Assembly: GCA_963674595.2 (NCBI GenBank)
Contig: CAXXFV010000003.1
Span: forward strand, 96,001-160,000
Source: a bacterium
Lineage (GTDB): Bacteria; Zhuqueibacterota; Zhuqueibacteria; Residuimicrobiales; Krinioviventaceae
DNA length: 64,000 nucleotides
Direction of reading: 5' to 3'
Below are positions 47,091-57,603 of this stretch, piece after piece (positions within the stretch are counted from its first letter, which is position 1; every line of letters begins with the position of its first letter). The position numbers were made by a program, and so were the translations under genes. The notes beneath the pieces were generated by a model. It was not told where the DNA came from and ran no database searches. It saw only the letters and a program-made list of their open reading frames with translations.

Positions 47091-47378
47091 TTATTTTTGA
47101 TAAACAATCTTTCCGGAAAATTCCAGCGTATCAACAATTCCAATAATCGATGTATCTGTCGGAACAGTATCCATGTTCAAAGCCTGTCTTGCAGAACTTC
47201 CCCTGACGATGATAACAACTTCATCAGTTCCGGCGCCCACAGTATCAACAGCCACAACATGGTTTTTTGTTGCCGTTCCGTCACCGCTAAGAAGATTTAC
47301 AATCAACAGTTTACTGCCGGATAATTTTTTATCTTTTACGGTTGAAACAACCGTTCCTACAACTTTTCCAAGTTCCAC
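47091..47378 (-). CDS. BMC pentamer (EutN/CcmL)
   Basis: GKVVGTVVSTVK, AVDTVGAG, GSSAR, IIGIVD. Confidence 0.95.
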   Translation of the reverse strand: MELGKVVGTVVSTVKDKKLSGSKLLIVNLLSGDGTATKNHVVAVDTVGAGTDEVVIIVRGSSARQALNMDTVPTDTSIIGIVDTLEFSGKIVYQK

Positions 47379-47404
47379 GATTTTTTCCTCGTGTTTTTAG
47401 TTAT

Positions 47405-48121
47405 TTATTCCAGTAATCCTTCATCGGCAAAACTGAAATAGGATTCTTTACCAATGATAATATGATCCAGCACAGCCAAATCAATATATTTACACGCTTG
47501 CACAATTTTTCTTGTCACATTCTTGTCCTCCTGAGAAGGACCCGGATCACCGCTGGGGTGATTATGCAAAAGGATAACAGACGCAGCAGATAGTTGAACA
47601 GCCGATAAAATAATTTCTCTCGGAGAAACGACACTTTCCGCCAGACTTCCTTCGAACAAGACTTTATCAGCGATGACGTCATTTTTTCGCGTCAAATATA
47701 AAACTCTAAACTCTTCCCGTCCAAGGTCTCGCATTCTCAAATAGACGAGTCTGTGAACGTCTTCAGCACATCGTACCTGGTTACAGACATCAGATTTTTG
47801 TTGTACCAACCGTTTTGCCAATTCAAAAGCAGCTTTAATTTGGGCTGCCTTGGCTTCACCGATTCCGTTTACCTGACAAAGAACCTGGGCCGGCTGCTGA
47901 TCAATTCCTCGAATTCCGTTGTATTCACCGAGTAAATACCGCGCCAAATCAACAGAGGTACCTTGACTGCTTCCGGTCCTTAAAAGAATAGCCAACAATT
48001 CCGCATCAGAAAGGTGTTCTGCGCCATACTGCAACAGTCTCTCTCTTGGTCTTTCATCTGCCGGCCATTCCGGTATTTTAATCGAATACTGCCCCATACC
48101 AAGATTCCAAATATAATGCAA
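47405..48121 (-). CDS. radC: RadC/JAB-domain protein
   Basis: ERPRERL, LSDAELLAI, HNHPSGDPGPS.ED, LDHII. Confidence 0.95.
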   Translation of the reverse strand: MHYIWNLGMGQYSIKIPEWPADERPRERLLQYGAEHLSDAELLAILLRTGSSQGTSVDLARYLLGEYNGIRGIDQQPAQVLCQVNGIGEAKAAQIKAAFELAKRLVQQKSDVCNQVRCAEDVHRLVYLRMRDLGREEFRVLYLTRKNDVIADKVLFEGSLAESVVSPREIILSAVQLSAASVILLHNHPSGDPGPSQEDKNVTRKIVQACKYIDLAVLDHIIIGKESYFSFADEGLLE

Positions 48122-48162
48122 TTCTTACATAAAATCAAGAATCAATTATCATCTAATAAATA

Positions 48163-48191
48163 AAAAAAGCCGTATCAAAATTTGATACGGC
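48163..48191 (-). terminator. Intrinsic terminator
   Basis: Minus strand GCCGTATCAAATTTTGATACGGCTTTTTT. Confidence 0.75.
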
Positions 48192-48197
48192 AACATT

Positions 48198-50150
48198 TTA
48201 GAGTATTTTTACCATCTTTTTAGTAAAACGATGGTTATTATTAATCAAACTAAAGAGATACACCCCGGAACCAACCGGAAATCCCAAATCATCGTTTCCA
48301 TCCCATTCTATATGATAATATCCGCTTTTGGCAGGTTCATCAACCAAAGTGCGAATGTGTTTTCCTAAAAGATCATAAATTACCAGTTTTACATTTCCTT
48401 CCGCAAAAGATGGCAATTCAAAATCTATTTTTGTGGATGGATTAAAAGGATTGGGATAGTTTTGACAGAGAACAAATGTTTCCGGCGCCTCTAATGTAAT
48501 TTGTATAACGTTGGAATATTCAAATGTTCCGTCAAAATTAATTTGACGCAAACGATACTCATATTGACCGCTTGTTTGCGGATGATCAATTAAAGAGTAT
48601 AAATGTTCTTCATTTGTTGTTCCAAAACCGTTTTTAAAACCAATTTTTTGCCACGCCTCATTCTGAGCAGACCGTCGCTCAACATCAAAACCGAGATTAT
48701 TGGTTTCCGTTATGGTGGTCCAGGACAAATCAATATATCCGTCATAAGAACGGCCAATAAAACCGGCAAGTTCAACCGGAACATATATGGATTCACCGGA
48801 GATAAGGCTGGTTAACGGATTTTGAACACAATCCAAAATATTTGCAGCGCTATCCGGTGTTATGTTTGCGCCTAAAAAATACAGTTGAAAACCAAGAGGC
48901 AGTTCACCTTCAATCGTGCCTTCGTATTTTGCACCCGTATCACCCCAGGAACCTCCGGTACCGGTATCACCACCGGCATCATCCCAGGTGTTTGCATCAT
49001 CTGTTCCGGAAACTGCATCGTGATAATAGAGCGCTTCAGTAGATGAAGGGACATCCGGAATTAAAGAAAATGAAAGCAGTGTACCGGGAGCACCGGTTTG
49101 CATCCACCAGTTCCATTGGTTTAATTGCAATGTTCGGTCAAACGCGGCATCTGCGCTGCTGTTAATAAAAACACCATCAGGGTGAACCGCAGCCGACCCT
49201 GGTGTGTGCATACGCATACCGTAAGCATAAGGCAACAAATCAAAAGAGTAACGGGCGTATTTGACATCACCATATTGTTTTACTGCATCTAATGGAATTG
49301 TATTTTCTCCAAAGTCCACAAAATGCCGATAATATTTAAGATCAAACTTTGTTACGGAAACATCACCAACACCTTCAACAGAAATTTTTATAAACCACCG
49401 TCGAACAATACGTATCGGGGCCTGAGTTTTATTAACCTGTGTGGGTGCATTTTTCGTAATGCTGTCTTCAGTTATTACAATAGGAACGTCCTTAAAAATA
49501 AAAAAATCGATTAATGCACCAACTCTTATTTTCAAACGTTCTAAAAAATTTATACCCGAACCGCCGGCCGCTACAGGAATCGTCAGTCCACCGAGGTTAC
49601 CGCCCAGAGCATCAGGATGTTCCATGATATAATTTGTAGAAGTAATTTTATCGGTCGTTGCATCATATTGCAACCCTGTATTGTTTAAAACAGGCGGATT
49701 ATCCGTCCGATAAACATACACATACCCTGTGGTTCCGGCAACGTTATCAATAACGGTTATCTGATACCGTTTATAATTTGCAGAACTTGCATCATTAATC
49801 CAGGATTCCGGAGGGGCCAGGTCACCACAATCTTTGGCCATAAACAGGATTTCATCATTTGTGTCAAAAATTGTGTCCGTATCTTCAAAATAAGGAAAGT
49901 TATCTATTTGAAAGGGTATTAAACTCCATTGTCCTGTACCGGAATCGTATTTGTATAAAACAATAAGGCTGCTGTTAATATTATTAACATCAGCCATGAC
50001 CGGTGCGGTGCCATCCTGTTCATTGGTAACAACCACAGCATCAAATTCACGAGTTATCCTGCTCCAGGCAAACTGTGAACATAGTAAACTGTAAGCTACA
50101 ATACCCCATAAGACATTTCGAACTTTCATTTGAAACAGCCTCATCTTCAT
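48198..50150 (-). CDS. Secreted protein with PVEL-type beta domain and FlgD-Ig/T9SS-like CTD
   Basis: Signal peptide, VPVELAGF, YRLRQINFDG, QNYPNPFNPST. Confidence 0.8.
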   Translation of the reverse strand: MKMRLFQMKVRNVLWGIVAYSLLCSQFAWSRITREFDAVVVTNEQDGTAPVMADVNNINSSLIVLYKYDSGTGQWSLIPFQIDNFPYFEDTDTIFDTNDEILFMAKDCGDLAPPESWINDASSANYKRYQITVIDNVAGTTGYVYVYRTDNPPVLNNTGLQYDATTDKITSTNYIMEHPDALGGNLGGLTIPVAAGGSGINFLERLKIRVGALIDFFIFKDVPIVITEDSITKNAPTQVNKTQAPIRIVRRWFIKISVEGVGDVSVTKFDLKYYRHFVDFGENTIPLDAVKQYGDVKYARYSFDLLPYAYGMRMHTPGSAAVHPDGVFINSSADAAFDRTLQLNQWNWWMQTGAPGTLLSFSLIPDVPSSTEALYYHDAVSGTDDANTWDDAGGDTGTGGSWGDTGAKYEGTIEGELPLGFQLYFLGANITPDSAANILDCVQNPLTSLISGESIYVPVELAGFIGRSYDGYIDLSWTTITETNNLGFDVERRSAQNEAWQKIGFKNGFGTTNEEHLYSLIDHPQTSGQYEYRLRQINFDGTFEYSNVIQITLEAPETFVLCQNYPNPFNPSTKIDFELPSFAEGNVKLVIYDLLGKHIRTLVDEPAKSGYYHIEWDGNDDLGFPVGSGVYLFSLINNNHRFTKKMVKIL

Positions 50151-50180
50151 AGGTAATTTTCCCTAATGCATTAAATTATT

Positions 50181-50516
50181 CTAGAATGAATCAACAGCTT
50201 CTTCAACAGTTTCAAATGTATCAAAAATTGTGATTAATTTTGTGATCATGAACAAACTTTTAACTTTTTCTGTTACACGAGCCAATTTTAAATCACCATC
50301 GGCATTGCGTAAAGTTGTCATAGAACCCATCAAAGCGCCCAATCCGGTACTATTCATCCAACTTACTTTGCCTAAATCTATTACTACTTTTTTAATATCA
50401 TTAGCAACCAGTTCTTTACATTTATCATGAACAGCCATTGTTTCAGAACCACCCATAAGTTTACCTTTAAGCTCTAAAACTGCTACTTGACCATTCATTG
50501 TTTCTTTAATAGGCAT
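50181..50516 (-). CDS. STAS-domain anti-sigma factor antagonist
   Basis: VVIDLGKVSWMNSTGLGAL; GGAGG RBS before MPIKE. Confidence 0.9.
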   Translation of the reverse strand: MPIKETMNGQVAVLELKGKLMGGSETMAVHDKCKELVANDIKKVVIDLGKVSWMNSTGLGALMGSMTTLRNADGDLKLARVTEKVKSLFMITKLITIFDTFETVEEAVDSF

Positions 50517-50612
50517 TTTATCCTCCACTGAGTTATTTTCATAATTCGTACAGTATCCGTAAAAGTAAAGCTTTTTTTAATTCAAATCAACTGTAATTTC
50601 TTCTTTTTCATT

Positions 50613-51344
50613 TTATGACGCTTGTTGGAACAAACGTTTTGCTTTTTTATTTTCCGGATTTATTCGTATTGCTTCGCTTAAAGCCCGGCGGGCACGCTCC
50701 TGCCAGCCGTTTTCCATACAAAATTTTCCGACGCGATAAAAAGCAGTATCAATTTTGTCATTCCCTTCAATCGTTTCCAATAAATCATAAACACTCTCCC
50801 CCAGTGTCTTTTTTACATATTGATCATTTTCAACAAGATAAGATATAACAATTATATTATCTTTACAATCTTTTAAAACCCGTTTTATAAGGTCAACTCC
50901 TTCTTCAAATAAATAATGAATTTTACTCCAATACAAGTCAAAGGAAAACTTGGATTGGGTGTAATCTTCACTGTCTGTAGCATAGTGTTCCATAACATAG
51001 ACCAATTCCCGCGTTACCATAATTTTATGGAATAACAATCCAATGTTATTGATTAATTCCGTTTCATCTTTATTTGGTTCATATTTATCAGATTTCTCAT
51101 ACATCGAGTTCTGCGGATCAATAACTCTTTTAAAAACAAGATGCAGATCTTCCTTGATCGTAAACAACAAATCGGATAATTTTTTAAGTTTCGCAAATGA
51201 AGCCGCCTGATCGCTGGATGTTTCCATATCCAGGTTGCCGAACATGTTTTTCGCCCGCAGATAATCAGCAATGGTTTTCCGAATTATCCAGGGTTTATGC
51301 GATTTTACAAATGGACTTATATTTTCGTTCATTTTGGTTATCAT
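50613..51344 (-). CDS. Hypothetical protein with C-terminal TPR
   Basis: AFYRVGKFCMENGWQERARRALSEAIRINPEN. Confidence 0.7.
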   Translation of the reverse strand: MITKMNENISPFVKSHKPWIIRKTIADYLRAKNMFGNLDMETSSDQAASFAKLKKLSDLLFTIKEDLHLVFKRVIDPQNSMYEKSDKYEPNKDETELINNIGLLFHKIMVTRELVYVMEHYATDSEDYTQSKFSFDLYWSKIHYLFEEGVDLIKRVLKDCKDNIIVISYLVENDQYVKKTLGESVYDLLETIEGNDKIDTAFYRVGKFCMENGWQERARRALSEAIRINPENKKAKRLFQQAS

Positions 51345-51353
51345 CCTTAAAAA

Positions 51354-53924
51354 TTATGGAATTGATGTTAGTAAAGCTGAACTTTTTAATATCGAATTAA
51401 AAAGCAGCTTGAAAGTAACAACGGTTTGGGCACGGAATTGAGGGCGGATGCCCATCAAAATTACCGAGCCTTGTCCGTAAGGTATTTCTCCGACAGCCGT
51501 TTTTAAGGCAATATGTTGTTCCCCTGTCAACCAACCGCTTAACAATAAATTACCACCCGGGTAGGACACCACAGAATTCCCCTCAACTAACTCGAATGCC
51601 GGACTGTTATAGTTAAATATAGGCGTTTCCCGCTGCATACCATATCCAATCGGATCATCCTGATCGACAATAGATTTCAGCATGGAACCAGGCACATAAT
51701 ACTCGCTTTTGTCAATATTGTTTACAACATTTTTAGCTTCAACCCAAAAATGTTGTAACGGTAAAAGAGATGCATTTCCCAAAGTTACCAAAACACCACC
51801 ATTTAATACAAAATCTTTCAATTGTTGAATACCAATATCGCCTATTCCGCCGGTATATTGTCCAGGGACAGCTGTGCTGTCTAAACCGGCAATAATTCTA
51901 TCAACACTCTGATCCGGTAATATTATAACGTCAAATTTTGCTGCGAGATTTCCGCTCTTTATATCTTCATTCTTGATCGTCAAATAAGGAATGTTAAATT
52001 CATCAAATATAAATCGTGTCCACCCTTCGTCAATTATGGCCTGATAACTTTGATAAAGCCCTACAGCCGGTTTTACAAGCTGATAAGCCTTTTTCTTTTT
52101 AAATGAGGGCGCGTTACTGATAACAACAGGAACTGTGTCGGCCAGGTCCTTGACGATTTCATTATAAACGCCTGGTATCCAAAGGGTTCCGGGGGGATAA
52201 ATATTCCCACCAGCCTTAATTGTTTCCGCAAGCCAATACACCTTGACGTTTTGATCAATAAGATTTTGAATAAACTTGACAGCATCCAAATGTCTGTAAT
52301 CAATAAAAAATCCATTATTTCCATTTCTTGCTGGAATGACTGATTTCCGTATTATCTGGTCTACTTTTTGAAAATTGCCATTTACTTGCCCTTTTATGGT
52401 AATCACCTTAACGCCCAGCATGTATTGCAGGTTGTTTGTGGTAACATCATAAGGATGTATGGGATAAACATGGCCGTTATTATTACGTGAAGGATATTGT
52501 TTGTCCTCTAATAAAGTCCGCGCATAAGATGCATAAGGCTGATCGCCCGGAATAATAAATGTACCGGCCGGGTATAAAGTCTCGTCTGCAACAAACTCAT
52601 CAACAGCTTTATAAACATTGACCATTCCGCTTTGCAGGATATTAAGCATTTTGTCCAGAGCATAAAAATCGAATTGATTAGGCGGTATTAAAAAAGACAC
52701 CTGATTGTCCTCATCGTTGATAGATTCATAGGCAACTTTATAAAAATAATACAACAACTCTTGCCTTTTATTTACAGCATAATCCAGCACAGAAAAACAC
52801 GCTGTTTTACCATAATCAACAATCTGTTCAAGGCTCCAGGACCCGCCCGGCCAGGGCAGCGGATAATTCCAGGCCCGTTCATTTGGATAAAAACTTTTTT
52901 TATCCAAAAGTTGTTCGGATTTGATTTCAATAGGTGATGCCAGCTTGGCCGATGCAATTTCAGCCAAAATACGCATTCCACCGTGATAATTCACATAAGC
53001 ACGAGTGGGAGAATAGGCGTCAAAGAAAATATTTGTGGCAACTCCAGAGTGTCCCGCAAGGGTCATATCAACCAAAATTTCACTGCCTATAGCATTTAAT
53101 AAAGAATGAACAATAGGATGCAGCATTTCATCATAGGGATCAATGTATGGAGGCACAAACATACGGGCGCTTAGATATCCCATTTGATGCAGATCCAGAA
53201 CGATTTGAGGACGCCAGACATTATATACTTTTTCAACAGTCAAACGGGATTCCGGCTGGGATAAATTGACCCAATCCCTGTTAATATCATGCCCGCTGTA
53301 TTTATGGTCTAAAAAGGGTAGCGGACCTCCCTCGTACTGTGTTCCCTGATATTTATAGTACCAATTGACTACCTTGTCCAATCCATCCGGATTATGAGCC
53401 GGTATCAGCAATATAATGGTGTCCTCCAGAATAGATTCAACAAGTTTTGAAGTCCCGCTGACAAGCTCATAGGCAAGCTGCATTGACATTTGTGAAGGCC
53501 CGACCTCCATCGGGTGTATGGAACAATTAATTGAAACTACAACTTTGGCTTTTCTTATTAAAAGCTTTGCCTGAGCATCGATCAAATCATGAGGATCGGA
53601 TAATTTACGCTGTGTTTCAATTATACCGGCGGCATTTTTAAAATTTTCCGGTGAGGAAATAATTGCTAAAATTAATGGTTTGCCCTCTGTTGTCTTGCCC
53701 AGTTCCTGGACACGCAATCGCGATGAAGCGTCATCCAATAAACGAAAATAAGTATCAATCTGTTTTGGCGATGCCAAATGTAAACTCTGTCCGGCTGAAA
53801 ATCCCAAAAAATCAGCAGGAGAAGGAATAACAGGTTTAACAGCCTGAGCAAAAAGGGTTGTATTAAAAGTCCAAAATACTATTAAAATTAAAACCAGGAA
53901 CTGTTTTTGTATTTTTACAATCAA
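51354..53924 (-). CDS. M14 zinc carboxypeptidase-like protein with C-terminal GATase-like domain
   Basis: SIHPME, NPDG, DINRDW, LDLHQMG, DEGWTRF. Confidence 0.88.
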   Translation of the reverse strand: MIVKIQKQFLVLILIVFWTFNTTLFAQAVKPVIPSPADFLGFSAGQSLHLASPKQIDTYFRLLDDASSRLRVQELGKTTEGKPLILAIISSPENFKNAAGIIETQRKLSDPHDLIDAQAKLLIRKAKVVVSINCSIHPMEVGPSQMSMQLAYELVSGTSKLVESILEDTIILLIPAHNPDGLDKVVNWYYKYQGTQYEGGPLPFLDHKYSGHDINRDWVNLSQPESRLTVEKVYNVWRPQIVLDLHQMGYLSARMFVPPYIDPYDEMLHPIVHSLLNAIGSEILVDMTLAGHSGVATNIFFDAYSPTRAYVNYHGGMRILAEIASAKLASPIEIKSEQLLDKKSFYPNERAWNYPLPWPGGSWSLEQIVDYGKTACFSVLDYAVNKRQELLYYFYKVAYESINDEDNQVSFLIPPNQFDFYALDKMLNILQSGMVNVYKAVDEFVADETLYPAGTFIIPGDQPYASYARTLLEDKQYPSRNNNGHVYPIHPYDVTTNNLQYMLGVKVITIKGQVNGNFQKVDQIIRKSVIPARNGNNGFFIDYRHLDAVKFIQNLIDQNVKVYWLAETIKAGGNIYPPGTLWIPGVYNEIVKDLADTVPVVISNAPSFKKKKAYQLVKPAVGLYQSYQAIIDEGWTRFIFDEFNIPYLTIKNEDIKSGNLAAKFDVIILPDQSVDRIIAGLDSTAVPGQYTGGIGDIGIQQLKDFVLNGGVLVTLGNASLLPLQHFWVEAKNVVNNIDKSEYYVPGSMLKSIVDQDDPIGYGMQRETPIFNYNSPAFELVEGNSVVSYPGGNLLLSGWLTGEQHIALKTAVGEIPYGQGSVILMGIRPQFRAQTVVTFKLLFNSILKSSALLTSIP

Positions 53925-53928
53925 AGAT

Positions 53929-55695
53929 CTAATGTCCTTTCAGCAATCCATCTATAATTCTTTTCTGGGCCGGTAATAAAACATCTTTAACGTTTAATTC
54001 ACATTTTACCTGATCTTGTCCTGCAACAACAACTTTAAAAATCAACTCGTATCCGTCTCGTTCAATTACGGTATGTAAAGTATCTCCAATTTCGGCATTT
54101 ATTACAATATCTTCAATATCATCCATATGCGTAATATTCTGGTAATTTAAAGTTTTAATGATATCATTTCTTTTAAGACCGGCTTTTGCAACCGGACTCA
54201 TGGGTTCAATCGAAAATATCCGGGTACGGTTCCCCAAAGTACGAAAGGGACCGATTGTCGGCACCCGCGTTTTGTTAATATCAGCCTGAATTTCGGCGTA
54301 CCCAAGCAAATCATCAAACGGAATTTCAACTGTTCCTGAAACGTATCTGTCAAAAAAGGCGCCAAAATCAAATCCGGTCATACGTTCCACGACTCGTTGA
54401 ATATCACTATCTTTAAATCCGTTACCCGGTGTAGAATAATCTTTATACATTTCCAGCAGTATATCATCCAGGGAAACCTGGTTATCCGTTACCTTTCTTA
54501 TCATAATATCCAAAACAAAACCAACCAAATGCCCTTTATTATAATATGAAATACCCGGCCCAAAATATCCATTTTCCCAAACATTCCAACTTGCATCAAC
54601 CAGACTGGTCTGAAACCGGTCCGGATTTGATAACAGGATTTCAATTTCTTTGGCGATACTTGCCAGAAAATCATCAACCGACCAAATGCCGGTACGCAGC
54701 AACGTTAAATCAGAATAGTAACTGGTAACTCCTTCCAGCCACCATAATGAACCCATTCGGGCATCACGGTCGTACCTTGGCGGTAAAAGCAACTTGTGGC
54801 TCAACCGCTTTACATTCCACAAATGGAAAAATTCATGGGCGATAATGTTGGCCGCATTATGAACATTTTCCATTAATTGCACGCCGGATAAACTAATGGT
54901 CGTTGAATTTGCATGCTCGAGTCCGCTTCCGCCACGGTACCCGGGATAGATTAAAAACTGAAACATGTACTGATCATAAGGCACATCTTGAAATAAAGCT
55001 GTCTCACTGGTTACAATATCTGAAATCATTTTAACAAACGATTTTTTATCAAAATCTGCCGTTCCCCTGAAACAAATATGATGCGGAACATTTTTAACAA
55101 AAATTGTCGTATCGCTTGTAACTCCGATTATTACCGGGCTGTCAGCCAGTTGATGGTAGCTGTTTGCAAAATACAAGTTATTTTTTCCAGGCAGCGCCAC
55201 CTCAACCTGTCGCTGCTGCGGATCTTTAAAACTCACCGAAACCGGAAATCCTTCCATGTCTTTAATATACATCCATGTCGATGCGCCTTGTACCAAAACT
55301 CCTGTGGAATCAATAATCTTTCCTAAAAAATCAAACTCGGGCACCTGTACATCATAGGACAATGTAAATGATTTAGCATTCTCCAGTCGAATTTCCCAGT
55401 CATTTGGAGAAAGTTTTTCAACATGTAATGTTTTGTTAAAGTCGTCAACGCCCCTGACGTTTAAAACGTTTTTACCAAAATCCGTACGATAGTATGAGCC
55501 CGGCATCCACACCGGCATTGAAAAAACATAACGTTTTTTTGCTGCATTTTCCACTTTGATCTTTACATGAAACAATGACGACAACTCTTCATCCAACTGT
55601 AACGAATAATTTAAAGTCGTGCCATATACTGCAAAGCTGATTCCTGATAAAAGCAGAATAATAATTACAACTGGAATTGTTTTAAACGATCTCAT
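53929..55695 (-). CDS. M61 glycyl aminopeptidase with PDZ domain
   Basis: MPVWMPGSY, GLEH, AHEFFHLWNVKR, EGVTSYY, YYNKG. Confidence 0.9.
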   Translation of the reverse strand: MRSFKTIPVVIIILLLSGISFAVYGTTLNYSLQLDEELSSLFHVKIKVENAAKKRYVFSMPVWMPGSYYRTDFGKNVLNVRGVDDFNKTLHVEKLSPNDWEIRLENAKSFTLSYDVQVPEFDFLGKIIDSTGVLVQGASTWMYIKDMEGFPVSVSFKDPQQRQVEVALPGKNNLYFANSYHQLADSPVIIGVTSDTTIFVKNVPHHICFRGTADFDKKSFVKMISDIVTSETALFQDVPYDQYMFQFLIYPGYRGGSGLEHANSTTISLSGVQLMENVHNAANIIAHEFFHLWNVKRLSHKLLLPPRYDRDARMGSLWWLEGVTSYYSDLTLLRTGIWSVDDFLASIAKEIEILLSNPDRFQTSLVDASWNVWENGYFGPGISYYNKGHLVGFVLDIMIRKVTDNQVSLDDILLEMYKDYSTPGNGFKDSDIQRVVERMTGFDFGAFFDRYVSGTVEIPFDDLLGYAEIQADINKTRVPTIGPFRTLGNRTRIFSIEPMSPVAKAGLKRNDIIKTLNYQNITHMDDIEDIVINAEIGDTLHTVIERDGYELIFKVVVAGQDQVKCELNVKDVLLPAQKRIIDGLLKGH

Positions 55696-55696
55696 A

Positions 55697-57079
55697 TTAA
55701 TAATGAATTATATTTTCATTCACGGTTGAAAGACTATTCAAGTAATCACGAACCAGACGAACAGTCTCAGAAACTGTATTTACATGCCTCATATCGATTC
55801 CGGGAGTATCATTATTTATGGATAACCAACTGCAAGCTATTTCAAAGGATTCATTATATTCGGAATTTTGAGGGTCATTCGCAAAAAAGATATCATCTAT
55901 TACAGGTGCTATTTCATTTTCATCAAACTCATTACCCAACTCAATTTTTAAAAGCCTGCCCGGCGGATTTAGCAGGTAAATATTAAACCTTTCCGGCTGT
56001 GCGCTGGGAAGAAATATTATACGCGGATACCTGTTCTTTTGTAAATGCCGGCGTTCGTGTGTTTGTAATTGAGTATTTAATCCGGGATTTTCTTTTTTTA
56101 TCCACTCCTGTTCAAGCAGCAGCGCTTCCAGCTCAGATCCGGTTGGTATTATTTTTAACTCATGCAGCAAATTTTGAATTGTTTTGGCCTTATCCGAATC
56201 ATCAAATCCGGTAAAATAGGACGATATCCTGCTTTTTAATTTTTTTGCCTTGCCGACATAAAAAAGGTCCCCTTTACGGTTATACATCAAATACACACCC
56301 GGAACAGTCGGCAGTTCCTTGATGTCATTTTCATCAAAGTTACATTTACTAAAATCAAATTTATTAATCTGCAGAGTTTCATAATAATCCCACAGATTCG
56401 TATAGGCATGGCCCTGTTTGTTTTCCAAAACATGAGAAATTCCGGCAAGCTGTTCGGTAAATTCTTTAAATAGAATTTCCATCTCTTTAGGACTGATATC
56501 GTGAAGCTGTTCAAGCTCATGGGACAGGAAATCAATCGAAATTCCATCGTTTTTTTGTAAAAATCGCTGCAAATTTTTATAGGAATAAACAGACAGATCA
56601 GCTTGATTACCCGTTAAATAGCCGACAGCTTTGCGGAACATGGATATTTGATTTCCTTCACCATCGAAAAGGAAACGATTTTCTGAAAAATGGTCAAGTG
56701 CGTTAAAAATATCAGCAAGATCATCAAAATCATCGGTCTCCCTGTTCCAAACAACAATTTTTTGAATTTGAAAATCTTGACAGACAGCATAGGAAAAAAC
56801 GCCCCACTTTTTCCAGTGAACAGCCTGTTGCGGAAGAATTTTTACAAATATAATATTCTCTTTTTCTTCCGGTAAAGAAACGGCTTTTTTATCAATTATA
56901 GTAAAATAACATCCGTTATCGTCCCGGCAGATTGATAATTCGGAGGCAACAATACTGTCAACAATCGCTTTGGCGGCAGTGGAATTTTTTGTCTCCATTT
57001 TCAAAACGTCCCGCATTATCTGCACAGCAGAAACAGGTTCAGCGCGATCATTTAAATAATTAATAATTTTCTGTTTCAT
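55697..57079 (-). CDS. GIY-YIG nuclease (UvrC/Cho-like domain) protein
   Basis: LPTVPGVYLM...FYVGKAKKLKSRISSYF...ELEALLLE...N. Confidence 0.8.
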   Translation of the reverse strand: MKQKIINYLNDRAEPVSAVQIMRDVLKMETKNSTAAKAIVDSIVASELSICRDDNGCYFTIIDKKAVSLPEEKENIIFVKILPQQAVHWKKWGVFSYAVCQDFQIQKIVVWNRETDDFDDLADIFNALDHFSENRFLFDGEGNQISMFRKAVGYLTGNQADLSVYSYKNLQRFLQKNDGISIDFLSHELEQLHDISPKEMEILFKEFTEQLAGISHVLENKQGHAYTNLWDYYETLQINKFDFSKCNFDENDIKELPTVPGVYLMYNRKGDLFYVGKAKKLKSRISSYFTGFDDSDKAKTIQNLLHELKIIPTGSELEALLLEQEWIKKENPGLNTQLQTHERRHLQKNRYPRIIFLPSAQPERFNIYLLNPPGRLLKIELGNEFDENEIAPVIDDIFFANDPQNSEYNESFEIACSWLSINNDTPGIDMRHVNTVSETVRLVRDYLNSLSTVNENIIHY

Positions 57080-57090
57080 TCAATATATTT

Positions 57091-57567
57091 TCAATTTGCA
57101 GGCACATTTTTCCGACTGCTCCAAATGGAAACGCCGATGATCCCACCGAGTAAACCAAAGATGGTATTAACAACAAGGTTTAGGGCAAAATCAAGCAGAA
57201 TAAAACTGTTCTCAAGAAGTCGCGGATTAAAATTGTCGATAAGGGCCTGAAGGTCCGGATCATTTATTGTTGCGGATATTTTATACAGGACATTAAAAGT
57301 GGCAGGTCCGAAAAAAGAATGCAGAATAATGCTTATAAATGTTCCAAATAGTCCTGATAAAAATCCAAGCAATGCTCCGTCTGATACAGAGATGACATAC
57401 TCGGGAGAGGAATCTTTGTAAAACAAATAGGCTGATAAAACGCCGCCGCCTATAACGCCCATACAGCACATACAATTTATAAAGTTCAAAAAGGGAATAC
57501 CACCGATGACGCCTATTAATATTCCCCCTAATAACGCTGGTCTTAATTTGTTTGCAGACTTTTCCAT
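57091..57567 (-). CDS. Integral membrane protein
   Basis: Gly-rich hydrophobic helices, NCMCC motif. Confidence 0.75.
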   Translation of the reverse strand: MEKSANKLRPALLGGILIGVIGGIPFLNFINCMCCMGVIGGGVLSAYLFYKDSSPEYVISVSDGALLGFLSGLFGTFISIILHSFFGPATFNVLYKISATINDPDLQALIDNFNPRLLENSFILLDFALNLVVNTIFGLLGGIIGVSIWSSRKNVPAN

Positions 57568-57603
57568 GGTTAATACCTCAAAATAAAGCCCCCCGGTCTA
57601 AAT

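Noticed and set aside
47405-48121. radC as a mobile-element or anti-defence JAB gene
   Set aside because: Full-length form with N-terminal HhH region in a housekeeping context.
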